Positions 12,570 through 24,005 of a stretch of DNA of 53,150 nt are shown piece by piece. This DNA comes from Octopus bimaculoides. Taxonomy: Eukaryota. The stretch covers positions 61,761,223 through 61,814,372 of the forward strand of contig NC_068983.1 of the NCBI RefSeq assembly GCF_001194135.2, read 5' to 3'. The notes beneath the pieces are model-generated. The model was not told the origin of the DNA and ran no database searches. It saw only the letters and a program-made list of their open reading frames with translations. Each line of letters starts with the position of its first letter. The first letter of the stretch is position 1. A program made the position numbers and the translations under genes.

Positions 12570-13627
12570 GAGCGCTGAGCATTCCGTGGTTGACGATGCG
12601 CAGACATGCGCTGAAACTGCAACATCTTCGGCTCTACGTAGACGACTGTGAACAGGTGTGGTTTGTGAGGCGCGCTTTCCCGCAACTCGTCTCCATTACC
12701 GAACTGCAGTCGTGGATCAAAAAGAGAGCGAGGAAGGGCGAATGGCACCGTGAGTGTCCCGTTGCTCTCAAGCAACTATGGCGTCTCTGGTCGACCTTGT
12801 GCGACTGCAACACAACCAAAGCATTCTATTGGGGATTAGTGGAGGGAAGGTACGTCGACGATCTCGGAGCGAGAAACACGGGGCCAACCTGCCCGAGATG
12901 CGCTCAAAGCGCCGAAACGGTTCTGCATGCACTCTTGTAGTGTCCAACTATTTCCGACCTATGAGTGTATGTCGAACGACTGCTACCGCGTGGGGGACGA
13001 GTCAGTTTATCAACCGAGTCTATCGTGAATATTGTCGCGCTTCCTTCCTTGAATCGGGAAGGAAGAGCCATTTTCATTGTACTTGTGGCTATGGCGAAAG
13101 AATGTGCATGGTGGACGCGTCTGAAAGGTCTAGAGACAAACACTTTTCTCTCTGGTAAATCTCTCATCAACTTCTTCAAGTATCATTTGAAGAGGAAGGT
13201 GAGAGTATAGAGGGACGTTTGTCTAGTGAATGTTTCAAAAAAAGATGGGTGAATGTAGCAAGGATGGCACATGTGAGTGATGGAGCCACCTTGAGCGTAA
13301 TCATATGAACCAGAAAAAGAAATGAAAAAAGAGAGTCACTTACTGTTATGTGATTTTTGCTTGACATTATTGCCCGAGGTTACCGTGATCTTTTACGTAG
13401 GCTTTTCTCTCTACGGATAAACTTAATCTGTTTTCCCTTTTACATTATGATATTTCTGTTTTACACGATCCCTATTGACCGGCTTAATTTTTTCCTTTCT
13501 TTCCACGATCCCTTTTGATTGAAATTTTATCCCACTTTTTTTTCTTTCCTTTCCTAAAAGAAACGCTCTACTTTGTATTTTGTCTCTCTGTGTTCAGCTG
13601 TGTGACTAATAAAGAAACATATCTATA
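12570..13627 (+). mobile_element. 5'-truncated Tx1-like (L1 clade) LINE: ORF2 C-terminus and 3' UTR
   Basis: MRRHALKLQHLRLYVD...TTKAFYWGLVEG, a CCHC knuckle CPRCAQSAETVLHALL*CP, then FIVLVAMAKECAWWTRLKGL...LINFFKYHLKRKVRV. A T-rich UTR ends in AATAAA. Confidence 0.8.
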
Positions 13628-13790
13628 TAAAGGTTTAGTTGGCCGTGCATACCTGGTTTAACTGCTTGGAGTGATTCTGGTAAGCGGTAGTCAGGGCAGT
13701 CGAACAACTATCCTGCTATCTCTGAGCCATGGTTAACAAGGGGAATTGGATCCGGTGAAAAATGGTGAATTCAGTTGGGGAAAAAAGCGA

Positions 13791-13943
13791 ATGTGCTAAG
13801 TAGCTTGCTTACCGACCACATGGTTCCGGGTTCAGTCCCACTGCATGGCACCTTGGGCAAGTGTCTTCTACTATAGCCTTGGGCCGACCAAAGCCTTGTG
13901 AGTGGATTTGGTAGACCGAAACTGAAAGAAGCCCGTCGTATAT
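13791..13943 (+). mobile_element. tRNA-derived SINE family B (OR1-like, label tentative), 5' half
   Basis: tagcttgcttaccgaccacatggttccgggttcagtcccactg...ccttgggcaagtgtcttctactatagcc...gtggatttggtagaccgaaactgaaagaagcccgtcg, running into the gap. Confidence 0.9.
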
Positions 13944-14762
13944 NNNNNNNNNNNNNNNNNNNNNNNNNNNNNNNNNNNNNNNNNNNNNNNNNNNNNNNNN
14001 NNNNNNNNNNNNNNNNNNNNNNNNNNNNNNNNNNNNNNNNNNNNNNNNNNNNNNNNNNNNNNNNNNNNNNNNNNNNNNNNNNNNNNNNNNNNNNNNNNNN
14101 NNNNNNNNNNNNNNNNNNNNNNNNNNNNNNNNNNNNNNNNNNNNNNNNNNNNNNNNNNNNNNNNNNNNNNNNNNNNNNNNNNNNNNNNNNNNNNNNNNNN
14201 NNNNNNNNNNNNNNNNNNNNNNNNNNNNNNNNNNNNNNNNNNNNNNNNNNNNNNNNNNNNNNNNNNNNNNNNNNNNNNNNNNNNNNNNNNNNNNNNNNNN
14301 NNNNNNNNNNNNNNNNNNNNNNNNNNNNNNNNNNNNNNNNNNNNNNNNNNNNNNNNNNNNNNNNNNNNNNNNNNNNNNNNNNNNNNNNNNNNNNNNNNNN
14401 NNNNNNNNNNNNNNNNNNNNNNNNNNNNNNNNNNNNNNNNNNNNNNNNNNNNNNNNNNNNNNNNNNNNNNNNNNNNNNNNNNNNNNNNNNNNNNNNNNNN
14501 NNNNNNNNNNNNNNNNNNNNNNNNNNNNNNNNNNNNNNNNNNNNNNNNNNNNNNNNNNNNNNNNNNNNNNNNNNNNNNNNNNNNNNNNNNNNNNNNNNNN
14601 NNNNNNNNNNNNNNNNNNNNNNNNNNNNNNNNNNNNNNNNNNNNNNNNNNNNNNNNNNNNNNNNNNNNNNNNNNNNNNNNNNNNNNNNNNNNNNNNNNNN
14701 NNNNNNNNNNNNNNNNNNNNNNNNNNNNNNNNNNNNNNNNNNNNNNNNNNNNNNNNNNNNNN

Positions 14763-14837
<75 letters not shown>
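14763..14837. repeat. (AT)n(GT)n compound microsatellite
   Basis: Directly visible after the gap 13944-14762. Confidence 0.95.
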
Positions 14838-15002
14838 TTTGAGGGACACTGATGTTAAACAAGCGGATTCACGTGACTACTGGTCATCTCGATTAAGCCT
14901 GGCGCTAGATATTAATCATGGAGTCACAGAAAGTGGAACTAGTTTAAGCATTTATCACTGTAATACATTGACATACAGATGTCTTTTTAGGGTAACATCA
15001 TT

Positions 15003-15071
15003 TGTCATCCCATCAACCGAAACATTGATGGGATGACATCATGCAGATCTGCAGAATCATGCAGATCTGCA
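15003..15071. other. 14-bp perfect hairpin followed by two tandem palindromes
   Basis: tgtcatcccatcaa-ccgaaaca-ttgatgggatgaca, then atcatgcagatctgca twice (15038-15053 and 15056-15071), each containing the palindrome tgcagatctgca. Confidence 0.85.
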
Positions 15072-15178
15072 ACAACACTATATAGACATCCGAGAGTTGT
15101 CGATGAAAAGACAGAAATGCTATGGACAACGAGGAAGCACAAGGAAACGGCAATAATTTGTGAAAATAAAGCAATCAC

Positions 15179-15216
<38 letters not shown>

Positions 15217-16462
15217 CATAATAACATCCATATACATACGTCTTTAGATATTAATGTATAGAGCACATAAAGATTTATGTATATCGAAGCATGGGTTTTA
15301 TTTCTGTATATATCTAACATTGAATCTATATTACAGAATTACATAAAATATTTCATCGAGCATTAAGCACGTCTGCTTTGTATGATCACTGGATTATCCA
15401 CCATCTTTACAACGATAATTTTCTACGTACACACCTATGTTACTAGAGTAGCTATAAATAATTATAACGATATATATGCTGATAATGATAACTCTCAGCG
15501 TTCCTCATAAAAATACTCCACTTATTCTACAAACAGCTCATCAATCAGTTAGTTGTTTCATAGTCGTCTGAAATGTGTAAACAAGATTTCTTATTCGATG
15601 CTAGTAAACTGTACAAAAATTAATTGCTATAATAAATAAAATTCCACATTTTTATAGCAGCAGTTATTTTATTAAAATACAGATACTAAAGAAAAGACTG
15701 TCTATCTTTCTGATTGTTTAAAAGTTTGTGAATACTGAATACTCGTCCAGCAGTCGAACGTTCATTCATAAAACCTTGTGTTTTAGGACAAAATGGCATA
15801 AGCTAAAAACTTATTGTGATGGGCAAATCCGTTCTGAGAAAATCAAGGAATTTAAAATTATTTCTGTTTTCATCTGAAATTTTTTCTTTCTGTTTCATAG
15901 GTACAGACCTGGCTGTGGGACANNNNNNNNNNNNNNNNNNNNNNNNNNNNNNNNNNNNNNNNNNNNNNNNNNNNNNNNNNNNNNNNNNNNNNNNNNNNNN
16001 NNNNNNNNNNNNNNNNNNNNNNNNNNNNNNNNNNNNNNNNNNNNNNNNNNNNNNNNNNNNNNNNNNNNNNNNNNNNNNNNNNNNNNNNNNNNNNNNNNNN
16101 NNNNNNNNNNNNNNNNNNNNNNNNNNNNNNNNNNNNNNNNNNNNNNNNNNNNNNNNNNNNNNNNNNNNNNNNNNNNNNNNNNNNNNNNNNNNNNNNNNNN
16201 NNNNNNNNNNNNNNNNNNNNNNNNNNNNNNNNNNNNNNNNNNNNNNNNNNNNNNNNNNNNNNNNNNNNNNNNNNNNNNNNNNNNNNNNNNNNNNNNNNNN
16301 NNNNNNNNNNNNNNNNNNNNNNNNNNNNNNNNNNNNNNNNNNNNNNNNNNNNNNNNNNNNNNNNNNNNNNNNNNNNNNNNNNNNNNNNNNNNNNNNNNNN
16401 NNNNNNNNNNNNNNNNNNNNNNNNNNNNNNNNNNNNNNNNNNNNNNNNNNNNNNNNNNNNNN

Positions 16463-16496
<34 letters not shown>

Positions 16497-17082
16497 TGCT
16501 TGCATACACACATTATTACACTTTACACATATATTTATCAATCTCAAACACTAACATTGACTCTATATATCATAGACACACAAACATTCATGAACACGAA
16601 CGCACTCATACACACATGTATGCATACATGCATGCATACATGCATGCATACATGCATACCTACATACGTACAGACGCACACTCACAAACCCACAGACCTA
16701 TCGTACACGGATACACAAAGCGGTACCATTACTGTAAGACAGAAAGTTAATTATATGGTTCATTAGACCGATATACGGATATACCAATATATTTATTGAT
16801 TGGTGGCTTGACAGTCATAAATATACTACAAAAATGATACAAATAGATTGACTGTTAGCTTGACACACTGAAGGATAAACTGACCAACAGATATAGCGAT
16901 CATTTGTTAAAGCTTAATACTTGGTTGTACACATAGTTGGAAGATCGAGTATATGTGCATATATTTGAGGATTTCGTGTGAGTATATGAGTATATACGTG
17001 TATATATATATGTATGCTTATATATGAGTATTTGAGCATGTGCATGTAAATATATATACAATTGTGTATGTGTGTATGTTTG

Positions 17083-17116
<34 letters not shown>

Positions 17117-17199
17117 NNNNNNNNNNNNNNGTGTGTGTGTGTGTGTGTGTGTGCGTGTGTGTGTGTGTGCATATGTTTTTCATCCTGCTGAGCCCTTAA

Positions 17200-17360
17200 T
17201 CCATATACACTTTTTCTCTCTCCGATTTTTTTTCCTCTTAATCCAATCTGTCGAAGAGCCTAGGTTCGAAATGTCAAAGAATTTTCCATTCCTCCCGAGC
17301 GTTAAACTAATGCAGTTTCTGGTTGTTCCTTCACCTATCTTCGTCTTTTGTTTTCTGTAA
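17200..17360 (+). mobile_element. Solo Penelope-like terminal repeat (pLTR) with degenerate hammerhead-like motif
   Basis: ctgtcgaagagcctaggttcgaaatgtcaaaga...cccgagcgttaaactaat matches the reverse complement of 46380-46435, which lies next to a PLE body. Confidence 0.6.
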
Positions 17361-17470
17361 ACTTGAACTATATGTGTGTGGGTATATGTATGTGTATGTG
17401 TCTGTCTGTACGAGTGTGTACGTACATATGTGTATACGTATATACGCATGTGTGTTTTCGTGTGTGCAAC

Positions 17471-17601
17471 TGCGTGACCTAGTCCTGAGAATCTTGGGCT
17501 TGCATTCGTAAGATTGTGGTTTCGATATCTGGAACGGATTGTGGGCTGAATTCTTCGAAGCAGTTAAAGTTGTCCCAGTCTATTCACCTAAAATGAGTAC
17601 C
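17471..17601 (+). mobile_element. tRNA-derived SINE family C, degenerate 5' part
   Basis: gcgtgacctagt...cgtaagattgtggtttcgat...ccagtctattcacctaaaatgagtacc is collinear with the copy at 27331-27546. Confidence 0.5.
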
Positions 17602-17617
17602 TACCGAGTGTTACTGC

Positions 17618-18012
17618 CTCTCTCTCTCTCTCTCTCACTCTCTCTCTCCCTCTCCCTCCTCTCCTCTCTCTCTCTCTCCCCTCTTTCTCTCTCCTCTCTC
17701 TCTCCCCTCTCTCTCCCCTCTCTTTCCCCCCTCTCTCCCCCTCTCTCTCTCCATCTCTNNNNNNNNNNNNNNNNNNNNNNNNNNNNNNNNNNNNNNNNNN
17801 NNNNNNNNNNNNNNNNNNNNNNNNNNNNNNNNNNNNNNNNNNNNNNNNNNNNNNNNNNNNNNNNNNNNNNNNNNNNNNNNNNNNNNNNNNNNNNNNNNNN
17901 NNNNNNNNNNNNNNNNNNNNNNNNNNNNNNNNNNNNNNNNNNNNNNNNNNNNNNNNNNNNNNNNNTCTCTCCCTCTCTCCCTCTCTCTCCCCCTCTCCCC
18001 TCCCCCCTCTCT
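17618..18012. repeat. CT-rich polypyrimidine tract spanning a gap
   Basis: Directly visible on both sides of N 17759-17964. Confidence 0.9.
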
Positions 18013-18250
18013 CAGGGTCCAGTGATTGCCAATGTCTGCCAGCTACAAGCACCTAAATCAACGAATACCTAGTATATGCTGTCAACCGATTTCTGCTTGA
18101 GAGTGATGGCAATGGGATGCACATTCACACTCACACATAGACATTCACACGCACACACAAACACACACTAACACATACACACATACACACGCACGCACGC
18201 ACACAACAATGATTTCACATTGCTCTACATAATACTCCACAAACGAACCG

Positions 18251-18444
18251 ACAGTTATGTACCCGTCGCTTCCTTTCAAGCCCTCTCTTTTCCCCCTAGT
18301 TTTCTCCCTTTTCCCCCCATTTCTTTTCCTTCTTCTTCTCCTTCTACTTCTTCCTCTCCTTCTACTTCTTCCTCTCCTTCTACTTCTTCCTCTCCTTTTA
18401 CTTCTTCTTCTTCTTCTTCTACTTCTTCCTCTCCTTCTTCTTTT

Positions 18445-18505
<61 letters not shown>

Positions 18506-18857
18506 CATCACCCAATATTAGCGTGATAATATGGTATATACCACCCAATATTTTTGGAAGAATTCTTACGATACATTTCCCTTATTCTCAGAAAACGGTG
18601 ATACTTTTTAGGAATATATACCAACAGTTATGCACACGCCGCTTCCTTTCAAACCTTCTCTTCCTCCTCTCCTTTTCCCCCTTCTACCCCTCCTCCTCCT
18701 CCTAGTAGTCTTCTTTTTCTACTACTACTATTACCACCATCAGCCAAAATTAGCGTGATGATATGATATATATTACCCAATATTTTGGAAGAAACCGAAC
18801 AAAACAGTTTCCATAATCCCAGGACACGATAATTCTCCTATAATACTTCTTAGGAAT
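18251..18857 (+). repeat. Tandem duplication (units 18251-18623 and 18624-18857) with an 18-bp minisatellite and (CTA)n
   Basis: Both units share acagttatg...cgcttcctttcaa, accatca.c.aa.attagcgtgat, cccaatatttt.ggaagaa and atactt.ttaggaat. Unit 1 has tctacttcttcctctcct three times (18343-18396) and a much longer (CTA)n. Confidence 0.85.
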
Positions 18858-19636
18858 GCCTCCCTTGTTTGCATCAGTGTGAAATACAAACTGGATAAAA
18901 ATCACTTTTCTTGAAAATGCTGAACAACATTGAAAATATGTTGAGTAACTTCTCCTTTACTTTCAATGTAACAGTAATGCTTTCTCTACTCTCAGTTCTA
19001 TTGCTTTCGCATTCGATTTTCTGTCCTCCTATTTTGTAGTATAAGGTAACATCGTAAATTTTACATGAATCTTATTTCTTGTTCTTCCTCTTCTCTCCTT
19101 TTTCTTTACCTACCTTTCATAAATGCTGTAACGCGAAACATTAGGCTCTTTTCAATCACTTATTTAAAGTATTTGTTTCCTGTGTACTTACTCCTTGTTA
19201 TTATCTCGATTGATTTTCATATTTTGTGGCATGTGCAATACCTATCTAACTCATATATATATATATATATANNNNNNNNNNNNNNNNNNNNNNNNNNNNN
19301 NNNNNNNNNNNNNNNNNNNNNNNNNNNNNNNNNNNNNNNNNNNNNNNNNNNNNNNNNNNNNNNNNNNNNNNNNNNNNNNNNNNNNNNNNNNNNNNNNNNN
19401 NNNNNNNNNNNNNNNNNNNNNNNNNNNNNNNNNNNNNNNNNNNNNNNNNNNNNNNNNNNNNNNNNNNNNNNNNNNNNNNNNNNNNNNNNNNNNNNNNNNN
19501 NNNNNNNNNNNNNNNNNNNNNNNNNNNNNNNNNNNNNNNNNNNNNNNNNNNNNNTATATATACACATAAAAAGAGAGAGAGGAAGAGAGAATATTTATAA
19601 GGCTTTCTTGATACACATGCAATATTTTGGGAAATA

Positions 19637-20077
19637 CGCGCAGGAGTGCCCGTGTGATAAGAAGCTTACTTCCCAACCACATGGATCCGGGTTCAATCAC
19701 AGGGCGAGACACCTTCTGCAATTGTCTTCTACTATAACTTCGGGCCGACAAAAGACTGGTGAGTGGATTTGTTTCGGAAACTGAAAGAAGCCCGTCATAA
19801 ATATATATGTATGTGTGTTTGTCTCTGTGTGTTTGTGTGTGGGGGTGCATCCATGCGTGTCTGTGTCAGTGTTAGGTCTCCCACCAGCTCTTGACAACCT
19901 GCTTGGTGTGTTTGCATCTTCGTAATTTAGCCGTTCATCAAAAGCCACCGATAGAATAAATACCAGGCTTGAAAAAAAAAAAAAAAAAAAAACTGGAGTC
20001 GATACATTCAATTAAAATTCTCCAAGGTGGTGCTCTAGCATGACCGCAGTCTTATGACTGAAACAACTAAGAGAATA
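19637..20077 (+). mobile_element. SINE family B, full length
   Basis: tRNA-like head, central domain, internal TA/TG repeat, and tail ttgacaacc...gatagaataa...gtcgat...ggtgctctagcatgaccgcagtc. Confidence 0.9.
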
Positions 20078-20246
20078 AATCTAAATTTATAAATTATATG
20101 TGAAAATCATCAATAAAATATAGACTGACACACATTCCTGAAGTTCTTTCAAACGCTTTTCACTGTTTTCTGCTACTGAACCACACATGTTTGAATACCT
20201 AAAACCAGTAATAAGCGATTACACAAAAACATTTCGCGTTGAGGCA

Positions 20247-20495
20247 CACTACGTGGCGCTTTGGGCAAATGTTTTCTACTATAGATACATAAATATGATA
20301 CCTTTCAGTTTGCGTTTGTCAGCCACAACCGCTTGATAACTGATGTTGGTGTGTTTACGTTTACGCAACTTAGCGGTTCAGCTAGAGAAGCAATAGAATA
20401 AGTGCCAGAATTTTTTTAAAAATTAAGTACTGGGGTCGATTCGTTCGACAAAAATTCCCCAAGGCAGTGCTCCGCAATGGCCGCAGTTTAGTGAC
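20247..20495 (+). mobile_element. SINE family B, 5'-truncated and internally deleted
   Basis: ttgggcaaatgttttctactatag joined to the tail ggtgtgtttacg...cttagcggttc...tactggggtcgattcg...atggccgcagt. Confidence 0.8.
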
Positions 20496-20626
20496 TATGG
20501 ATTTTCGCCTGTGTGCTCACTGATTCCTCAAGCATGTACCATGCTGAACCTGTGAACAAAGTTTGAAACTTCACCGAATACGGCCGGCTCATTCAAAATA
20601 AAAACCGTCGTCATGCGTACTTTTTC

Positions 20627-20627
<1 letters not shown>

Positions 20628-20676
<49 letters not shown>

Positions 20677-20716
20677 GTGTGTGCGTTCGCGCGTATATAT
20701 ATATATATATATATAT

Positions 20717-20759
<43 letters not shown>

Positions 20760-20760
20760 T
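20628..20760. repeat. (GT)n-(AT)n-(GATA)n compound microsatellite
   Basis: Directly visible. Confidence 0.95.
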
Positions 20761-20869
20761 CCCATATATGTGTATGTACGCATCCTTTCTTCCTGAAGTT
20801 TTTTAAAAAAATTATTAATAACATTTATTTCTTACTGAGATACACTTTCTTCCTTCTCTCTCTCCCTCT

Positions 20870-20960
20870 CTCTTTCCCTATACATTTCTATTTCATCTCC
20901 TTTCTAAAGAAAGACGTACTTCCGAAACGTGAAGCCACTCAGTACGCAATTTATTACTTT
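20870..20960 (+). mobile_element. Possible degenerate PLE terminal repeat of another family
   Basis: ctaaagaaagacgtacttccgaaacgt (20904-20930) resembles the CTGAAGA-stem-GAAACGT hammerhead-like motif of PLE termini. Confidence 0.35.
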
Positions 20961-20995
20961 ATTCGTTTGTTATATTTTAATAAGTTAACAGAGTC

Positions 20996-22540
20996 ACTTA
21001 CGATCGATAGCTAAAGGGAGACAATCCCTTGTTGTTGACACTGCGTAGTGAGGTACTTTCCTCCTCCATTTTCTAGCCACCAACCATTCCTTATAGCGGG
21101 GCACCAACGAGGTGATTACAAAATTTAATACCAACGAGGGGAGAGGCAGATCAAGGTTCACCCAATTCAACATGGTCGATATTTACCCGTCTATATCAAA
21201 AGGGTTACTGGTCAAGGCGCTTTCCTTCGCTAAGGGCTTCATTGACGTTAGCGACAGGGATATCGCTGTCCTTATGCACGTCAGGAAAACAGTGTTGTTC
21301 AATAAAAGTTCTACCTTGGTCAAGCAATCCGACCCTTTGACGTAGCGATGGAAGCCTACAACAGCGCTCTTGTATGTGACCTCATCGGGTTGTATATCCT
21401 TGATACCCTTAAAAAAGTTCCCCTCTGTCCTCTTTTGTCTCTACAGAGATGACGCCCTGGCGTCTAAAGCAACAAACGGGCACACCCTAGACAGGCTTAG
21501 GAAAGTTCCGATTAGGACACTTGGCTCCATGGGACTGAAAATTACCATCGAGACCAACCTCACCACCGAAGACTTCTTAGACGTCACGCTCGACTAGGAC
21601 TCCAGTATACACAGGCCCTAACCCCCCTACTATAACGAGGCTCTAGCTGCTAGCGGATTTAGAGACTGCATCTCCTACATGCCGGACCCGAACAGAACCG
21701 GCAACAGCACCATCGCCAGCGATAACAATAACAACATTAACGACAACATTGACAGTATTCCTAAAAGAAATAGCAGCAGACCCATCACCAATGAGATCTA
21801 CAACATCTACAACGGCAGTGACAGCGTCTCCATCAACTACGATGATCATAACAACAACAGCACCATTACCAACGCCAGTAGTAACGCCACCAACACCCTC
21901 ACCACCTCCACTGACACCAACACCAACAGAGCTAATGATAACAACGGTAGCAGCAACGCCAACACCAACACATAGAGCACCGCTAATACCTGAGCACAGA
22001 GATACATCTGTTCCTCCGGTAACGCATTCATGCAACGCCTCTGCAACCACAGATCCTCCTTCAGAATGCAGGAAAGGAGATATTTTATGTCAATAGCCAG
22101 CCATGTATAACAGCTGAAGGACGACAGGGTTCCACACACAATATCATGAAGAATCCTAGAAAATCCAGGCCCCTACATAAACGAGACCAAGCGTTGTAAA
22201 TTGTGCATAGCGGAACGGGCGAGGATACTAAAGGACTCCCTCGACGCGGGGAACATTCTTAACTCCAGAACGGAGGCCTTCGGACCGTACTTGTATTTCA
22301 GGATATTCCTTCTGGCCTATTGGAACCCACAAGATAAGAGGGTTACTTACGATCGATAGCCGAAGGGAGACAATCTCCTGTTGTTGACATTAAGTAGCGA
22401 GGTCCTATCCTCCTCTTTTTTCTGGAGAGGCCGCTCGTTAGAGAAGCCATGAGCCAATAGGTTTGGGATCTGATGATACGTTGTAAAGCTAAGCGTTTAC
22501 AGATGTGAAACACAGGGCACTCCCATCAACTGGCCTTTAC
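20996..22540 (+). mobile_element. Internally deleted Penelope-like retroelement (RT plus C-terminal GIY-YIG) with direct terminal repeats
   Basis: RT: FTQFNMVDIYPSISKGLL, FDVAMEAYNSALVCDLIGLYIL, LYRDDAL, GLKITIETN..EDFLDVTLD, PPYYNEALAASGF. Endonuclease: YICSSGNAFMQRLCNHRSSF, KRCKLCIAERARIL, LNSRTE. About 80-bp direct repeat at 20996-21074 and 22345-22423. Confidence 0.88.
22464..22525 (+). ncRNA. Type I hammerhead ribozyme-like motif in the PLE 3' terminal repeat (probably degenerate)
   Basis: CTGATGA at 22470-22476, long stem II acgttgtaaagc/gcgtttacagatgt, GAAAC at 22507-22511, stem I tggga/tccca. Stem III and the NUH cleavage triplet are imperfect. Confidence 0.55.
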
Positions 22541-22650
22541 TAACCTTAATTATGCAATTTACTGCTCTAGAAGAGTGTGCTTCTTTCTTTGATTTATGTT
22601 TTATATAGTGGTTGTCTATTTCTCATTCAGAGTTTGACCACCTACTATAC

Positions 22651-23268
22651 CTACACCTTAGAACTATCATGGCATCTGATGTGGCTTTTTAAACCAGATA
22701 ATGTTCTGAAAAGACACCCACATAGATTGCATATCCAATTTGGACCACCAAGAGCTGCAAGATAAGTTCTGATCTTTGTGGATCTTAAAATATCTTTTTA
22801 GGCCTCCGTTAGATTTGCAAACCTTCTGGCATATATTGCATTGAAATATATACACAGACATATAGGCAAAATAGACGTTGGAGGTTCGCTTTCCATGGCT
22901 TCACAAATGAGATTTGGGCCCAGCATAAGAAAGGCACGGTTTGTTACAAACTGTGCACACAAAAAGGTCATTGTGGTTCACCTCGATCTAACATTCTTCC
23001 TGAAATCTCTTTTGAGGCTTGCATGCATTATCCTGGTCTCTTCAAACGCTTTCACTCCATTCCACTCCACACTTTTGTTCGCCATCCAGCTCGATCCGAA
23101 ACAAGGGTTTCTATGTCTTCTGAATCCATTCCAAGTGACTTCATAGTAGTCCTTATACCACCCTTAAACCATTTTTAGGTTTACGCCGATAGCGTTTCCC
23201 CTCTGGAAGCTCACCATAAAACAGCTGTTTGGGTATGCGCTCATCCACCATTCAAACAATATGGTCAC
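22651..23268 (-). mobile_element. RTE (BovB-like) LINE ORF2 C-terminus with three C2H2 zinc fingers
   Basis: HIV*MVDERIPKQLFYGELPEGKR is the canonical post-RT RTE motif. It is followed by FVCTVCNKPCLSYAGPKSHL*SH, FQCNICQKVCKSNGGLKRYFKIH and, after a frameshift, WICNLCGCLFRTLSGLKSHIRCH, ending at TAG 22651-22653. Confidence 0.85.
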
Positions 23269-23945
23269 ACTATCTCATTTGGTTTCTCAAAATCATAGCT
23301 TTGATTGAGGTGATGCCTGCAGATGCAAGGACATGAGTGTTTGGAGTAAAAACAAACTCCATTTATACAGACACACACGTACACACACACACACACATAT
23401 ATATATATATGTATAGTTTGCATGTATATATATCTATATGTATGTATGAGTGAGTATCTGTATATACACACATACAATATCTACATTTATACACATACAA
23501 TATCAATATATATTCATACAAGCAATATTCATATAGGTATATCTATGTAAATGCATACGCGTTATGCTCTCTCGCAGATTAAATATCTCTTTTATAGAAG
23601 CTAAAATTGTAGTGTCTGTGTTCATAATTATCTATCTACTATGTATGCGTGTGTGTGTGGAAATATCTATATGTGCACGTGAATGTTATATTTTTATGTT
23701 TGTATGCCTGTGTGCGAACATTAACGATTGCGTGCGTTTATATGTGAATGTATGTCTATATTCGACTATATGATAAATAACCCACTTTATCGGTATCCTG
23801 AATATTTTTTCCTTTCACTGTACGTTTTATTTATAACCGAAAATATACCGGTAAAAATAAGCACTTAGTAGTTTGAAAGTGTCCTTGTGCAAACGCGAGT
23901 TTGTGCATCTTATATATTCTTTTTGCTTGCGCATATATGTGCGTG

Positions 23946-23953
23946 TATATATA

Positions 23954-24002
<49 letters not shown>
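23946..24002. repeat. (AT)n microsatellite
   Basis: Directly visible. Confidence 0.95.

Positions 24003-24005
<3 letters not shown>

Noticed and set aside
12367-12651. Thr/Asn-rich ORF resembling a mucin-like protein
   Set aside because: It is a low-complexity ACC/AAC tract running into the Tx1 fragment, with no splice signals.
18343-18396. CRISPR-like or coding repeat array
   Set aside because: Adjacent 18-bp units without spacers, in a eukaryotic low-complexity context.
21988-22150. In-frame TGA codons in the PLE read as selenocysteine
   Set aside because: One replaces an expected Trp (IS*RI), TAA and TAG stops and frameshifts also occur, and no SECIS element was identified. Ordinary decay is the simpler explanation.
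22651-22970. C2H2 fingers as a host zinc-finger gene
   Set aside because: They are contiguous with RTE ORF2 motifs, lack TGEKP linkers and contain a stop and a frameshift.
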